From a virus (lineage: Duplodnaviria > Heunggongvirae > Uroviricota > Caudoviricetes), in IMG/VR virus record IMGVR_UViG_3300032167_002916: a stretch of DNA of 64,000 nt, one strand, 5' to 3'. The notes below the pieces were generated by a model. The model saw nothing but the letters and a program-made list of their open reading frames with translations. It was not told the DNA's origin and searched no databases. How positions within the stretch are numbered: the first letter of the stretch is position 1; every line of letters begins with the position of its first letter. Positions 1 to 10,884 of this stretch are shown in pieces. Made by a program: the position numbers and the translations under genes.

Positions 1-3000
1 CATATGCAATACCCTTGCTGTAGAATGTAACCTCGTCATCGTCAGGAACGGGGTCGTGCATCAGATGGTAGCTACTGGTGTTTTCATCGCACTCGATCAA
101 ACACTCAGTTTCTAGATACTCAGGGGTAACACCTTCGCCCATGGCCTCGATGTTCTTCTTAGAGTTACCAAGGTTACCAACGGCATACAGAGCAGTTGAT
201 CCGGCTGCGTACTGAGTACTACCAGCCCACACGGCTTCGGAGTTTGTGTTGTGGAAACACATAACTGCCATGCGGAACTCCATGGTGTCACGAACGTTGG
301 GGTTAGCTACACGTGCAGGGCGCAGATAAGGATTGAACTCCTGGAAGTCGGACGCATACAGCATGTTCTTATAGTTTTCGCTGGATGCGATATTAACCTT
401 ATAGTTCAGATATGTAACAGGGATGGAATTTTCAGTTAGCGCAAGACCTTCTGTGGTTGTGCCGTCATCCCATGTAATTTCACTCTGCAGATTGATATCG
501 ACGTTCAAACCGCCATCAATATAACCCATAGAGGAAGTGCCCTGTCCTCTGAACTTACACTTTGCTGTACCATGTTTGCCGTCGATATAGAAATCAACAG
601 TGCCGGTAACATAGTTTGCACTATCCTTACCAATAGTCCACTGGTCAGCATTGATAACGACCTTAACCAAAGACTCAGGCAGTTTATCAAAATCCAGAGA
701 ACCATCCTGTGCGTAGATGTCATTCCGCTTATAACGGTTAACCATCTCTTCGCCACTGGGGGCATTCATGATCCAGTCGTCAGTGATTTCTTCGTCTTCC
801 CAGCTGTTGTCTGCAATCTTTACCAGATACAGGTGGACTTCGCATTCGTCGGAACCGAATACAAGGGAAGAAGCTTCATTCTGAGCAAAGCCATCATCTG
901 CTGTGTACTGGATAACCTGTGCGGGGCAACCACTCATCCAGAACTGAATGAGTCGTTCCTGAGAACTCTTCTGAATATTGATATCCATCTCAACTTCTGG
1001 CAGATCGAAGTACAAGTTCTTGTCGTACATATAACGAGAGGACAGGCTTGCATTCTGTTCGGTGGTAATGGTTGCCATGGTAGGAGTCATAACCAGACCA
1101 ACACCGTTTGCGTTGCTGGCTGCGTCAACGCAGGACAGCCAAGGAGTAGATCTGTTAGCAACTTCGGTAGTATTGAAGCATACCTTAATATGACGGCCAG
1201 TAGGCTTACAGTCGGAAGCAAAAGGAGCATAATCGATAGTCAGTCTGTCGCCAGACATAATGCAGAAGTATGCGTTGCCAAGAGCGTCATACTGAATACC
1301 GCCGTTTGTCCAGTCGAATCCATCGTTGACAGAGCAGGCAATTTCATTGCCGTTGCTGTCGACACAAATGCCAGCCAGAGGATTGGCATCAGAGTTCTGA
1401 TGACCTGACGGGCTAAATTTCATGCTATAAATAGCAACTTCCTGCAGGGAATCAGGAATATCAACTGCTGTAACCTGAACAACAAAGTTACGAGTGGTCT
1501 GATTATCGCCTTCACCGGCGCGAATACCGATGGTGTGCTGACCGCCCTCAGTGGGCTTCCACATCCAGCTCTGCATAACACGCTCGACTTCAGCGTCTTC
1601 TGCGTATACTTCGCCATCAACTAAGCGGGTAACATCGGTCTCTGCGACTAAAGGATCGTAGACGAAATAGTTAACTGTCTGTGCGGTATATTGCTGCAGA
1701 GGTTCCTCGGTAGAGAAGTCAGATGCAATAATTACTTTTGTATTATCAGCGTCTGCAAACAGGACGTCAAATCCTGTAATAGAGCTTGTGATGGTAGAAC
1801 CATCGTCCATGGTCAGAGTTGTCCACAGTCTCAAGCGGTACGTGCCGTGTTCCTTATGAGGAATGGTGAGCGTCTGCCAACGACCAACTGTGGGGTTCTC
1901 AACTGTTGCGAGAGGGGCATTTGCCAGAGTCGCATTCATGGTAACTCCGGTACTGCCACCAACACGCCAACGAACAGTTGCGTCGCCAGTGTTTACAGTA
2001 GTCCAATCGTAGTCGACTTCCAGAGTCAGGACCTGTGCAGTGACAGTCTTTCTACGAGTGGTTGAGTTGCCTTCGCTGTCTGTAATCTGAACGATCAGAG
2101 TGTTATTACCGGAACGTAGCCACTGACCGAAATCAAACTCAATAGGGTCTCCATCTGTAGGAGCCTGAGCAAGAGTCTTAGTAGCACAGCGGGTCGTGGT
2201 AGTACCGCTCTTCACAGAGAACACGATAGTACCATTGCCGGTGCTGCCGCCGTCTGCATATGTGGAAGTCCACCAGAAAGCAAAGGGACAGGGTTTGCCA
2301 AGCTCAACACTGGATGGAGTAGAGTCTGCAATGGTCACGCTAATTGAACTGGTGGCTGTGCTATCGCTTCCGCCGCCAGTAGAGACGATAGCGTCGCCCA
2401 GCTTCTCGCCAGTAGAGCTAACCAGATACTGACGGGTAACGCCGTCATCGTCCTGGATAGACTGAATAGACACACCAACGAGAGCGAGTTGTTCCTTCAG
2501 CTCCTCAATATCGCTTGTGTGCTGCTGAACTGTAGCAGCATCAGGAACTGTTGCCAACAGTTCATCTACTTCAGGCTTTGTATAATAATTGGACAGAGCT
2601 TCAGCTAAAGCTTCTTCGTCCAGAGTACCACTTCCGGTACCAGCACCGCCGACCTGCACAGGTTCTCCGTCCTGGTACAGATAGATCAGCAGCATTGCAC
2701 CGTCTTCAGACGGTACGAAATACAGAGTGTCTGCCTCGCCAGTTTCAGGCAAAGCATCCACCTTCAAACTCTTAAATCTCTTAGCGATTTCTTCGTTAGC
2801 AGTTCCAATTTGTGTAGTGTGGTCTGCTACGGTATTTTGAAGGCCAGTGACAGTCTGATTATTTTCTTCGATGCGCTGGATGATATCGAGATATTGAGTG
2901 CCTGCCTCAACTAAGGCAGCAGCCCACTCCGCCTCAGTGCCGGTAAAACCAGCATCTACAGCCATCGCATAAGAAGTTACAGAACCAAGATCAATCTTAC

Positions 3001-3007
3001 TCGGCAT
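1..3007 (-). CDS. Large tail or host-recognition structural protein (over 1000 aa; C-terminus runs past the left window edge), Thr/Gly-rich beta-rich repeats
   Basis: Manual translation of the minus strand shows a frame with no stop from the ATG at 3007 (MPSKIDLGSVTSYAMAVDAGF...) down to position 1. The ATG overlaps the TAA stop of the upstream gene by 4 codons. The gene is absent from the ORF track only because there is no stop codon in the window. Confidence 0.6.
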   Translation of the reverse strand, partial: MPSKIDLGSVTSYAMAVDAGFTGTEAEWAAALVEAGTQYLDIIQRIEENNQTVTGLQNTVADHTTQIGTANEEIAKRFKSLKVDALPETGEADTLYFVPSEDGAMLLIYLYQDGEPVQVGGAGTGSGTLDEEALAEALSNYYTKPEVDELLATVPDAATVQQHTSDIEELKEQLALVGVSIQSIQDDDGVTRQYLVSSTGEKLGDAIVSTGGGSDSTATSSISVTIADSTPSSVELGKPCPFAFWWTSTYADGGSTGNGTIVFSVKSGTTTTRCATKTLAQAPTDGDPIEFDFGQWLRSGNNTLIVQITDSEGNSTTRRKTVTAQVLTLEVDYDWTTVNTGDATVRWRVGGSTGVTMNATLANAPLATVENPTVGRWQTLTIPHKEHGTYRLRLWTTLTMDDGSTITSSITGFDVLFADADNTKVIIASDFSTEEPLQQYTAQTVNYFVYDPLVAETDVTRLVDGEVYAEDAEVERVMQSWMWKPTEGGQHTIGIRAGEGDNQTTRNFVVQVTAVDIPDSLQEVAIYSMKFSPSGHQNSDANPLAGICVDSNGNEIACSVNDGFDWTNGGIQYDALGNAYFCIMSGDRLTIDYAPFASDCKPTGRHIKVCFNTTEVANRSTPWLSCVDAASNANGVGLVMTPTMATITTEQNASLSSRYMYDKNLYFDLPEVEMDINIQKSSQERLIQFWMSGCPAQVIQYTADDGFAQNEASSLVFGSDECEVHLYLVKIADNSWEDEEITDDWIMNAPSGEEMVNRYKRNDIYAQDGSLDFDKLPESLVKVVINADQWTIGKDSANYVTGTVDFYIDGKHGTAKCKFRGQGTSSMGYIDGGLNVDINLQSEITWDDGTTTEGLALTENSIPVTYLNYKVNIASSENYKNMLYASDFQEFNPYLRPARVANPNVRDTMEFRMAVMCFHNTNSEAVWAGSTQYAAGSTALYAVGNLGNSKKNIEAMGEGVTPEYLETECLIECDENTSSYHLMHDPVPDDDEVTFYSKGIAY

Positions 3008-4346
3008 ATTCTAGAATCAACCTTCCTTCCTCAGATATCGTAAAGTTCAAATCTTCCGATACATTATCTGTTCTTGTTTCGATAAGCCTGCCATCAATGA
3101 TCTCAAAGTAAAAATATCCATTTTTCTCTGCGATCTGTTGAGCTGCTTCGGCATACATGGCGGCACTATCTTCGCTTTCTGCTGCGGCTTCCGCACTTGC
3201 AGCGGCTTCATCAGCAGATGTTTTTGAATTAGCAGCATGCGTTTCGGCATCAGCTGCGGCTTGGATGACGGTATCGCACTCCGTCTGAATAGTTTCAATT
3301 GCAGTATCCCTGGCCTCATTAACCTTGTTAACAGCCTCATCAACATTGGTGACGCTTTGTGCGGCGGCTTCTTCTGCTCTCTCAGCGGCTTCTTCTGCGG
3401 CAGTATGTGCTTCTGTTGCACTTTCGGAGGCGTCTTTTGCGTCCTGGACGTGACCAGCAATTTGCAGCGCAATTTCCTCAGCTTCCTGAGCGGCTTGCTC
3501 TGCGGCGGCTTCCGATGCGGCAGCTCTTGCGGCAACATCGTCCATACCTTCTGCAGCTTCCTTGGCTTCCTCAGACCATGCCTCAGCAGCCTTTGCGTAA
3601 AGCCGTGCTCGCTCAGCATTATTAGCAAGGTCTTCGATATCGCCAAGCTTAGATAATATGTCTGCGGCTTCTGCAAGCTCTCTCACTTCGTCAGCTGCGG
3701 CAATCGCATCTTGAACATATTGCTGAGTGTCGTTAGCCGCATCTCTTGCCTCAGTCGCACTAGCTGCTGCGTTGGATGCATTATTAGCAGACTGGTTCGC
3801 ACTGGCTTCTGCATCTGCCTTATGTTGAGCGGCTTCATCTCTTGCCGCATTAGTCTCTTCGAGAACGGCCTCGGCTTCCGCTACGATTTCTTTAGCCTTC
3901 TCAAGGTCAACTTCGATTAACGCATTTAGACCGGGGACATAAAGCGGATCGAGAACATCGTTGCCCTGGATGTCCAGCAAATGCAGATATCCTTCGTCGT
4001 CATAAGTCCAATCAACAAAACCAAGTCCACCGCCTTCTCCGCCGAGCGGGCCGTACGGTCCTTTAACCACCTCTCCGTTACATAACAGATACAGGTAGCC
4101 AAACTTGTCCAACTCAACATCATCAATTTTGGTGTCGAGAATGTCCTGCAGATCCGTAATAGCACCAATGGGGTGCTGATCGGGGATATCTCTGTTAGTT
4201 AGGAGGTTGTGGTATCCATCTTTAGTTGCCGCCGCCGGAGCGCCATATCCGTTCAATACGGAAGGGGAGGAGACAGCGCCAGTAACGGTAGGTCCCGATT
4301 TAACCACTGCGGTCAAAACTGGAATGTTTGGATTAGTAGTTGCCAT
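2997..4346 (-). CDS. Tail-associated structural protein with a Gly-rich segment and an Ala/Glu-rich coiled coil
   Basis: 449-aa ORF with an AGAGGTGG Shine-Dalgarno sequence upstream of the ATG at 4346; sits in the tail fibre gene block. Confidence 0.55.
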   Translation of the reverse strand: MATTNPNIPVLTAVVKSGPTVTGAVSSPSVLNGYGAPAAATKDGYHNLLTNRDIPDQHPIGAITDLQDILDTKIDDVELDKFGYLYLLCNGEVVKGPYGPLGGEGGGLGFVDWTYDDEGYLHLLDIQGNDVLDPLYVPGLNALIEVDLEKAKEIVAEAEAVLEETNAARDEAAQHKADAEASANQSANNASNAAASATEARDAANDTQQYVQDAIAAADEVRELAEAADILSKLGDIEDLANNAERARLYAKAAEAWSEEAKEAAEGMDDVAARAAASEAAAEQAAQEAEEIALQIAGHVQDAKDASESATEAHTAAEEAAERAEEAAAQSVTNVDEAVNKVNEARDTAIETIQTECDTVIQAAADAETHAANSKTSADEAAASAEAAAESEDSAAMYAEAAQQIAEKNGYFYFEIIDGRLIETRTDNVSEDLNFTISEEGRLILEYAE

Positions 4347-4702
4347 TAAGTAACCACCTCTGAGAGCGTGATGTTGTACTCAATATTGAATTTGCTGCAC
4401 TCAATCACGTTGTAATAATTGCTTCCGCTCTGAAGTCCGATATCGTAGTAATAGGTGCCAAAATCCAAAGGCTCTGTGTCAGATGGGACGAGCGTTAAGA
4501 TATATGCACCGCTCTCGCTTAGATTTGCGGATGTCATTTCTTTTTCGATAAGATACGCACCACTAGGGTTATCGAACTTCTTCTTGACACCGAAACGCAG
4601 AATTTCACCATCTGCAAGCACATAGTTGGAACCATCGGTTGCTTTGACTACAATGCTGATGGGCTGTGTAGTGCCACGAATCATAGAAATTGGTTGCTTC
4701 AT
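4346..4702 (-). CDS. Hypothetical tail-module protein (118 aa)
   Basis: ORF 4346..4777 trimmed to the internal start MKQPISMIRG, which is preceded by AAAGGAGG. Confidence 0.45.
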   Translation of the reverse strand: MKQPISMIRGTTQPISIVVKATDGSNYVLADGEILRFGVKKKFDNPSGAYLIEKEMTSANLSESGAYILTLVPSDTEPLDFGTYYYDIGLQSGSNYYNVIECSKFNIEYNITLSEVVT

Positions 4703-4823
4703 ATAAACCTCCTTTGCATATCTTCTTGGTGCAAAATAAAAAGGCGTAGACCGTGCGTCTACACCATTGCAACACATATAAAAAATCCGTGTTCAGACAG
4801 TCCAAACACGAAGTACGAAACAC

Positions 4824-5072
4824 TTATTTTACAGGCACATTCTTGCCTGCTGCCTTTTCAAGAGCTTCCTGATAACTCTTCATATCGTTCTCAAGCTGTC
4901 TCTTTGAAATCAGGCTGATTTGGTTGTATGTGTCTTTCAACACTTCCTCAATAACGAATGGAGGGAGCATACATTTGTTAATGAGGTCCGTCAAATCGTT
5001 AATGAAATCATTTCTAGCCACAGACATGGGCTTCAAAATAGGTTCTTTTTTCACTGGTATAATTCCTTTCAT
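4824..5072 (-). CDS. Hypothetical small protein (83 aa)
   Basis: ORF trimmed to MKGIIPVKK; abuts the stop of the upstream gene; weak RBS. Confidence 0.35.
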   Translation of the reverse strand: MKGIIPVKKEPILKPMSVARNDFINDLTDLINKCMLPPFVIEEVLKDTYNQISLISKRQLENDMKSYQEALEKAAGKNVPVK

Positions 5073-5073
5073 T

Positions 5074-5943
5074 CTAACTACACATACTCCACGATGACCC
5101 GTTATAGACATATGGGCAATACATATCCCAACTGGAACCGTTGTAAATAAACACCTGATAGGCATCAAATGAGGTGCCGTTATATATGTACACAAATCCA
5201 AGCGCCTTCCAAACAGCATACAGGGTCAAACTTGATGAAGGGGTGTATTCTCCAGTAGTTCCTGAACTTGCCGTTGCACTTGTTGCCCACCCTAAAAACT
5301 CATATCCACTTCGAGTTGGCGTTGGCAATGTCACCGAAGCCGTAGATGTTGACGATGTGTAGATCGCATACAAATAAAGATCAGCATTGGTTGAATAAGT
5401 TTGACCGGAACTATATGACGTTCCGTTTCCGTTGGAACGTGTATTCCACTTACTAAAAGTATACTTAGTTGTACGTGTTGCAGATAATGAGCTTTCACTG
5501 CAACTGCCTCCATTAGCATTCAAAGTTACAGTATAAGATCCAGCAGACGCATTTCCTTTGGTTGGTTTTGTAGTACTTAACTTGATTGAAACACCGTGTG
5601 TTTTGTACTGGGTGCTAGGAGCACCACTGCCGCCATTGGCATTATACGAAATTGTGTACGTTGGTGGATCTGGTGCTGTAACAGTAAACGGACCCCAGTC
5701 AGAATGCCAAGATCCAGCTCTAAAACACTGCAAATAGTATTGAACACCAACCGTCAAATACTCGCCGGAATTTATCTTGTTACTACTATTGCCCTTTTCA
5801 ACAACAGCAAATGTTCTGCCGTATATGTTTCTATTTTCTTCCCACCACATATATGCGGTAGTGTCTCCGTATTCACATTCCCAATATACGGTTACTTCCC
5901 ATCCGTTGCCAGAATCGCTATAAGTTACTTCAAATTGTGCCAT
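5074..5943 (-). CDS. Tail fibre or cell-surface binding protein with Listeria-Bacteroides-type (NANGG) repeats
   Basis: Repeated YNANGGSGAPS / TVTLNANGGSCSES units typical of the Flg_new / InlB B-repeat family; Ser/Thr-rich; located in the fibre block. Confidence 0.55.
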   Translation of the reverse strand: MAQFEVTYSDSGNGWEVTVYWECEYGDTTAYMWWEENRNIYGRTFAVVEKGNSSNKINSGEYLTVGVQYYLQCFRAGSWHSDWGPFTVTAPDPPTYTISYNANGGSGAPSTQYKTHGVSIKLSTTKPTKGNASAGSYTVTLNANGGSCSESSLSATRTTKYTFSKWNTRSNGNGTSYSSGQTYSTNADLYLYAIYTSSTSTASVTLPTPTRSGYEFLGWATSATASSGTTGEYTPSSSLTLYAVWKALGFVYIYNGTSFDAYQVFIYNGSSWDMYCPYVYNGSSWSMCS

Positions 5944-5944
5944 A

Positions 5945-7543
5945 TTACGTTACCCGCTTAAAGTATACTTGGCCTATCTCTGGATTTGGGATAGCTGATT
6001 CTGCGTCTATATCGCCAAACATATCTGCGCTTAGAATCTTCATCAATGAACAGATATAGTCAGCTAACGTTTGACTTCGATTTTTAATATAAACTTCATT
6101 GAAGAAGACTGTTTCCATGGAAACTTCCATACCCTCAGATTCACAGATTTTGCCCACACCAAGTCCGTCACCACCAGACTTAAAATCGAGCAACACTGTA
6201 ACCGTAGATGAGAAAGCGTCCTTTTCAGAACTATTTCCAAGCGCATCAGTCACGACAACTTTGAAGTTGTAAGATGACTCTTCGTTTGGAGTAAGACTGG
6301 TTAATGTGAAGGCTGTTCCGTTAGTTAACGTTCCGGAGTGTACTGTCCAATCTTCTGCTGTGGTGACTTTATAATAAACTTTTGCGGTGACTGAATTTCT
6401 TCCACCAACAGTGTCATAGGTCCATGTTGCAGTGGCGACCATTTTGCCACTGTCATTTTTTGACATAGACAGCTTCTTTGCTCTTGGGGCAGTGTACGCA
6501 GTAAACGCAATAATGTCGGACGTATACACTTTTGAAGTCCTGCCACGACTGTCTGTGCATGTTAACATGAATTGTTTATTACCAGACGAAGAAATAATGC
6601 TTCCGGTGTAGTCCAAAGAGCTGCCTGTCAAGGACGCACGATAGCTGCCGGTGATAGAGAAACTACTAACAGTTGAACCATACGCACCAGATGCATCAGC
6701 AGCAATGTTTATCCTGGAATAGCCAGCCAACGCAATTCCCCACGATTTAACAGTGTCGTTTGAGCTGTTATCGATAGAGACCGTACAGCTATCAATAGTT
6801 GGAACAACGTCATCTGCTAAAGTGACTGTAAACGAAGACGTTGATGTTGATCCGATTTGCGTAGTGCACGAACTGCTGTTGTACGTATATAGAGAAACCG
6901 ACATTGAGCCAGACACCGTGTTTGGGATCTGCTCCGCAAATGATAATGGTATTGTATATCCAGTATAGGCATATGAACTTGTGGTTCCGGGCTTAATTGC
7001 GGAAGTTGTATAGCTCTTAGATCCAAGACTGAATTTTAACTTATAGTAAAAAGATGATGATAGGGGAGTCCATGTAATTTGACATGGATTTCCAAAGTAA
7101 ACATCTTTCACAGCTGAAATCGAAGACGCTCTTGGAATTGTTGGAAGTGAAATTGTTCCATCATATGTCAAACTTTCACCATCCCATGACAGTCCAGAAG
7201 GTGGGTAGGCAGATATTTTGACATTGCATGTTACAGATCCGTTGCTGTTGTGTGGCACCGTGAACGATGCAACACTGTTTCCCGTATCCGAACCATAACA
7301 ATAATAACTTGTGTACGGCAATGCATAGCCGCCTTTAGATCCAAGCGTTATTGTCTCGCCTGCGACAGTGATTGAAACATCCCATGTGCCACTATTTGTA
7401 CCAGACTTAAAACCGTCTTCCTTAATAGCGTATACCTGAATATCAACATAAGAGCAATTATTCGAAACGCTCTGCGTATAGTCATATGTAAAATATCCAG
7501 ACCATGCTGTCGATTTACTTGATTTTAGATTAACAGTTGCCAT
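5945..7543 (-). CDS. Tail fibre or receptor-binding protein (532 aa)
   Basis: Ser/Thr/Gly-rich beta-rich composition; directly downstream of the Tal-like gene. Confidence 0.55.
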   Translation of the reverse strand: MATVNLKSSKSTAWSGYFTYDYTQSVSNNCSYVDIQVYAIKEDGFKSGTNSGTWDVSITVAGETITLGSKGGYALPYTSYYCYGSDTGNSVASFTVPHNSNGSVTCNVKISAYPPSGLSWDGESLTYDGTISLPTIPRASSISAVKDVYFGNPCQITWTPLSSSFYYKLKFSLGSKSYTTSAIKPGTTSSYAYTGYTIPLSFAEQIPNTVSGSMSVSLYTYNSSSCTTQIGSTSTSSFTVTLADDVVPTIDSCTVSIDNSSNDTVKSWGIALAGYSRINIAADASGAYGSTVSSFSITGSYRASLTGSSLDYTGSIISSSGNKQFMLTCTDSRGRTSKVYTSDIIAFTAYTAPRAKKLSMSKNDSGKMVATATWTYDTVGGRNSVTAKVYYKVTTAEDWTVHSGTLTNGTAFTLTSLTPNEESSYNFKVVVTDALGNSSEKDAFSSTVTVLLDFKSGGDGLGVGKICESEGMEVSMETVFFNEVYIKNRSQTLADYICSLMKILSADMFGDIDAESAIPNPEIGQVYFKRVT

Positions 7544-7563
7544 TTATCTTCTCCTTTCCTTCA

Positions 7564-10500
7564 TTATTCTTGCCATGTCAGTGAAACGCCACCATCTTCG
7601 CGTGGGGAGAAGAAGAAGTTGCCTAGAATAAGGGTGTTCTCAATCACGGCATTGGGAATATGTAATTGATTGTTGTCCACATAAGAAACGATTATGTCTT
7701 CCTGTTTGAAATACAAGCCTGTATTATCAATAACAGTTTTGAATTTGCTGGAAGTAGCGCCGAGGGTTAATCCATCATCATTGAATGTCATATATTGACC
7801 GACCTCAGCTTTATGTGCAGCAAGCTGGTCATTGACATCGGATATTATTGCAGCATACTTTTTGTCAATTTCACTGGAAGCTGAGTTAATCTGATCTGTA
7901 ACCGAGGAGTTGATACCTGCGATTTTATCGTCAATCGTTGTGTTGATTTTTTCAGACTCAGACTGGATAGCATCATACAAATTGTTTGTGTTGTTTGTTA
8001 TAGACGCATTTAAGTCGTCAGTAGTTGTCTTGAACTGCTCTCTCAAAGCAGCGATATCATCAGCTACATCGTCAGTAAATACCGTCCATTCATAATCGTC
8101 AAAGACTTCCGAATCTTCTGTGTTAGTGTCGATATACGTACCAATGTATAGACCAATTTCAGCTCCGGTCTCGACGTTTGCATCTCTCATGTCTGGAATT
8201 ACTTCTTCGTTTTCAAAATAGGAAACGAAAGAATCGTATGTGTCCGTTCCGCCAGTTCCCTGAAGCATCACTCTAAAGTAATAGATACCATCCGGCACTT
8301 CGATTGTCAGATTGGAGGACAATTCAGAACTTCTGACATAGTTACCATCAACGTCATATTGTTTTATGTAAACCTTGATGCTATCATTGTTGGAAGTAGC
8401 CACATATTGAGTGCCAGGTACAACTGGGATAGCATCCACATAAGTAATGTAGTGCGTGTATCCGTCAACAACAACGCCTGTGTCAATCGTATCTCTTGAA
8501 GGGGCAACACCGCTAACCCATTTATCGATATTCGTCGATAATGCGTTTCCAGTAAATGTCAGGCAATCGTCAGAGTACTTGATGTGCAGATACTGCGGTC
8601 CGACACCGCCGCCAGACGCCAGATCTTCTAGGTTCGTAGAATCACCGGAACTGGTATAAATACTGATAGTACCGTTAAGTACGAGGTTGCCGTTGTCGTC
8701 AATATACAACTGCTTGGAGTAATACTCATTACCAGAATCATCTAACAGCTTCTTCTGAATTGTGAATACCATCCGGCTCGGGTCGTTGGACGTGTAATCG
8801 GAAGTCAGCGTAAAACCATTATTGTCCAGCGTAATACTGTTGTTCGTGTTATAGATACCAACTTCTTCAGACAAGACCATACTGCCAATAAGGGTATCGG
8901 CAATCACACCATAGCGCTCTTCGACCTCACCTGTGAATGGGTTGTTAAACAGGAAGCTGCCAATGGCAGTGCTTGCGGTCTCCCAGCCATCGTCAGTGAA
9001 AACAATGGTCTGGTTGGTGATCTTGATTTGCTTCGGGCCGTACTCTCCGTTTTCCAGTAAAGTGCGTCCCAGAATGCCAGTATCGTCGATGATGATCTCC
9101 TGATTTGCGGAAGCAAGTGCAGCATTTTTGGTCAGAATACCAGAAGACTCAATTGCTTCCTTCATCATGTCAAATTCGCCATCCTTGACAGGGTAGAGAA
9201 TCTCCTTGATGTAGTTGATGGAGTTCGTGGATTTCTTGATATCGCCAAGTACGCCATTAAAAATGGCCTTCGGGTCGAATCGGCTAAAGCGATTTCCGAA
9301 GGTCATCTGCAAAGACTTGTCCGCATAGTTAACGGTTATATTCGATAAGAAGAGCAAGGCCACATCGTCGACTTCAAGCTCCACGTTGATTAAACAGCCA
9401 GTCTCAAGCTGTTCGCTCCATTCTTCGAACTCCTTCGCAAACAGGAAGTTCTCAACATCCATTGAGAACTCTTGCGTAGGTTCGGAGACACGACTCAGTC
9501 TTGTAACAGCCCGGTCATATAGAGTCTTCATCTGCTGGAACTTTTCTGAGTAGGTCATTATACTGGTAACAGAAATGTACTCGTCAGTATAACTTCCCTC
9601 ATAAATGTAATTGCTTAATTCATTGTACTCAGCTTCTGTGAAGTAGGAGGTAATAGCAACACTTTCATGAATTGCCACAATTGAATCAAGTAGTCCAGAG
9701 ACTTCTGCAGCAGCATCGTCGAGGTCTGCTTTCGCCTGTGCCAGGTCATTCTTAGCATTTGCGATCAAAGTATCAATCTCTGCAAGAGTGTCTGCCAGTT
9801 CGTTCTGAACGCCAACAGGAACACCACCATTTTCTTCGATCACTTTGTTATAACTTGGCACAGTAGCTGTCGAACCATTGGCGACAATGTTATCCCGGCA
9901 ACGCTGGTACATTTCAATCTGAATGTTTATTCTGTCAATTTCAGAATTCAAATCAGACTGTGAGGTCAGATTCTCGTAATAAGCAAGATTGAGGTCATAA
10001 TACTCAGATTCTTTGGAAGCAACCAGCTCCTGCCATGCGACCACTTTCTCACGAAGGGAGTCTGTCATCCAGTCCAGATAGTAGTCAAAGTTGTAGATCA
10101 CATTTGTGCCGATTGGGTTGACAGGGGAGATGTTCAGATTTTCATCGCCCTGAACGTTAAGCGCAGTATACAAATCCTCAGACCCCTCGGAGATCGTGAG
10201 TGTGTTAATCACGTCAGCCTTGGTGATATGGATTTGTGTCTCTGCAAAATAGTTGTTCTGATCGTAGACATCGATCCTACGATTGATCGTGTCAAAGTGG
10301 AAGATACACTCATAAGCATCCTGCATGTTCTCTTGTAGAAATGCCAGGGCGTTCAGTTCGGTGCTTACGCCTTCAAAGGTTCTATACTTCTTTGCGACAT
10401 CGCCATTGACCTCACCAATAGTCCACATCGGCAAAACTGCGACAATCTTTTCTAGCAGATCTGTAAACAGGTACGTTCCGTCTTCAATGTAAGGAACAAG

Positions 10501-10872
10501 CTTGTTTTGAATCTCAACCTCACAGGATTCTGCCTTAATGTCCTTGTAATGGACACCATTGACATAATCGTCGGAAACACTTGAGATTGAGAAGTAGCCT
10601 ACGTCTTCCACGAATATGAGGCGTCGGTTCTGCAATGCACGATAAAGCATTAGAGTGTATGCGTTTTCGTCTGGATCTTCTCTCTTAATACGGTTGATCC
10701 GAAAATTCAATTCTGACATGGCACCAAAATTTAGCACCAATTCCTCGTCACTTGTGTCAGATAAGCAGCCAAGAACATTGGTCAATAGTCCAGACTTATA
10801 TTGACTGCCTGGGCTGCACACAAAGAACTTCGGCACCTCAAAGCGATTGAGTGAATCGAACTTTACCTTCAT
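7564..10872 (-). CDS. Tail-associated protein (Tal-like baseplate or host-specificity protein, 1102 aa)
   Basis: Size and position immediately after the Dit-like gene and the tape measure gene. Confidence 0.6.
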   Translation of the reverse strand: MKVKFDSLNRFEVPKFFVCSPGSQYKSGLLTNVLGCLSDTSDEELVLNFGAMSELNFRINRIKREDPDENAYTLMLYRALQNRRLIFVEDVGYFSISSVSDDYVNGVHYKDIKAESCEVEIQNKLVPYIEDGTYLFTDLLEKIVAVLPMWTIGEVNGDVAKKYRTFEGVSTELNALAFLQENMQDAYECIFHFDTINRRIDVYDQNNYFAETQIHITKADVINTLTISEGSEDLYTALNVQGDENLNISPVNPIGTNVIYNFDYYLDWMTDSLREKVVAWQELVASKESEYYDLNLAYYENLTSQSDLNSEIDRINIQIEMYQRCRDNIVANGSTATVPSYNKVIEENGGVPVGVQNELADTLAEIDTLIANAKNDLAQAKADLDDAAAEVSGLLDSIVAIHESVAITSYFTEAEYNELSNYIYEGSYTDEYISVTSIMTYSEKFQQMKTLYDRAVTRLSRVSEPTQEFSMDVENFLFAKEFEEWSEQLETGCLINVELEVDDVALLFLSNITVNYADKSLQMTFGNRFSRFDPKAIFNGVLGDIKKSTNSINYIKEILYPVKDGEFDMMKEAIESSGILTKNAALASANQEIIIDDTGILGRTLLENGEYGPKQIKITNQTIVFTDDGWETASTAIGSFLFNNPFTGEVEERYGVIADTLIGSMVLSEEVGIYNTNNSITLDNNGFTLTSDYTSNDPSRMVFTIQKKLLDDSGNEYYSKQLYIDDNGNLVLNGTISIYTSSGDSTNLEDLASGGGVGPQYLHIKYSDDCLTFTGNALSTNIDKWVSGVAPSRDTIDTGVVVDGYTHYITYVDAIPVVPGTQYVATSNNDSIKVYIKQYDVDGNYVRSSELSSNLTIEVPDGIYYFRVMLQGTGGTDTYDSFVSYFENEEVIPDMRDANVETGAEIGLYIGTYIDTNTEDSEVFDDYEWTVFTDDVADDIAALREQFKTTTDDLNASITNNTNNLYDAIQSESEKINTTIDDKIAGINSSVTDQINSASSEIDKKYAAIISDVNDQLAAHKAEVGQYMTFNDDGLTLGATSSKFKTVIDNTGLYFKQEDIIVSYVDNNQLHIPNAVIENTLILGNFFFSPREDGGVSLTWQE

Positions 10873-10884
10873 ATCACACCTCGC

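Noticed and set aside
572-1408. Plus-strand ORF of 278 aa
   Set aside because: Antisense to the long structural gene 1..3007. Cys/Val-rich junk composition and no RBS.
1420-2997. Apparent 1.5-kb ORF desert at the left end, suggesting an alternative genetic code (TAG/TGA reassignment)
   Set aside because: A single minus-strand frame is open across the whole interval and continues to position 1. The gap is an artefact of the track requiring an in-window stop codon.
3047-3676. Alternative-frame ORFs inside gene 2997..4346 (209 aa minus; 139 and 88 aa plus)
   Set aside because: Low-complexity (Q/K/L/R/P-rich) shadow ORFs produced by the Ala/Glu-coding repeat of the real gene.
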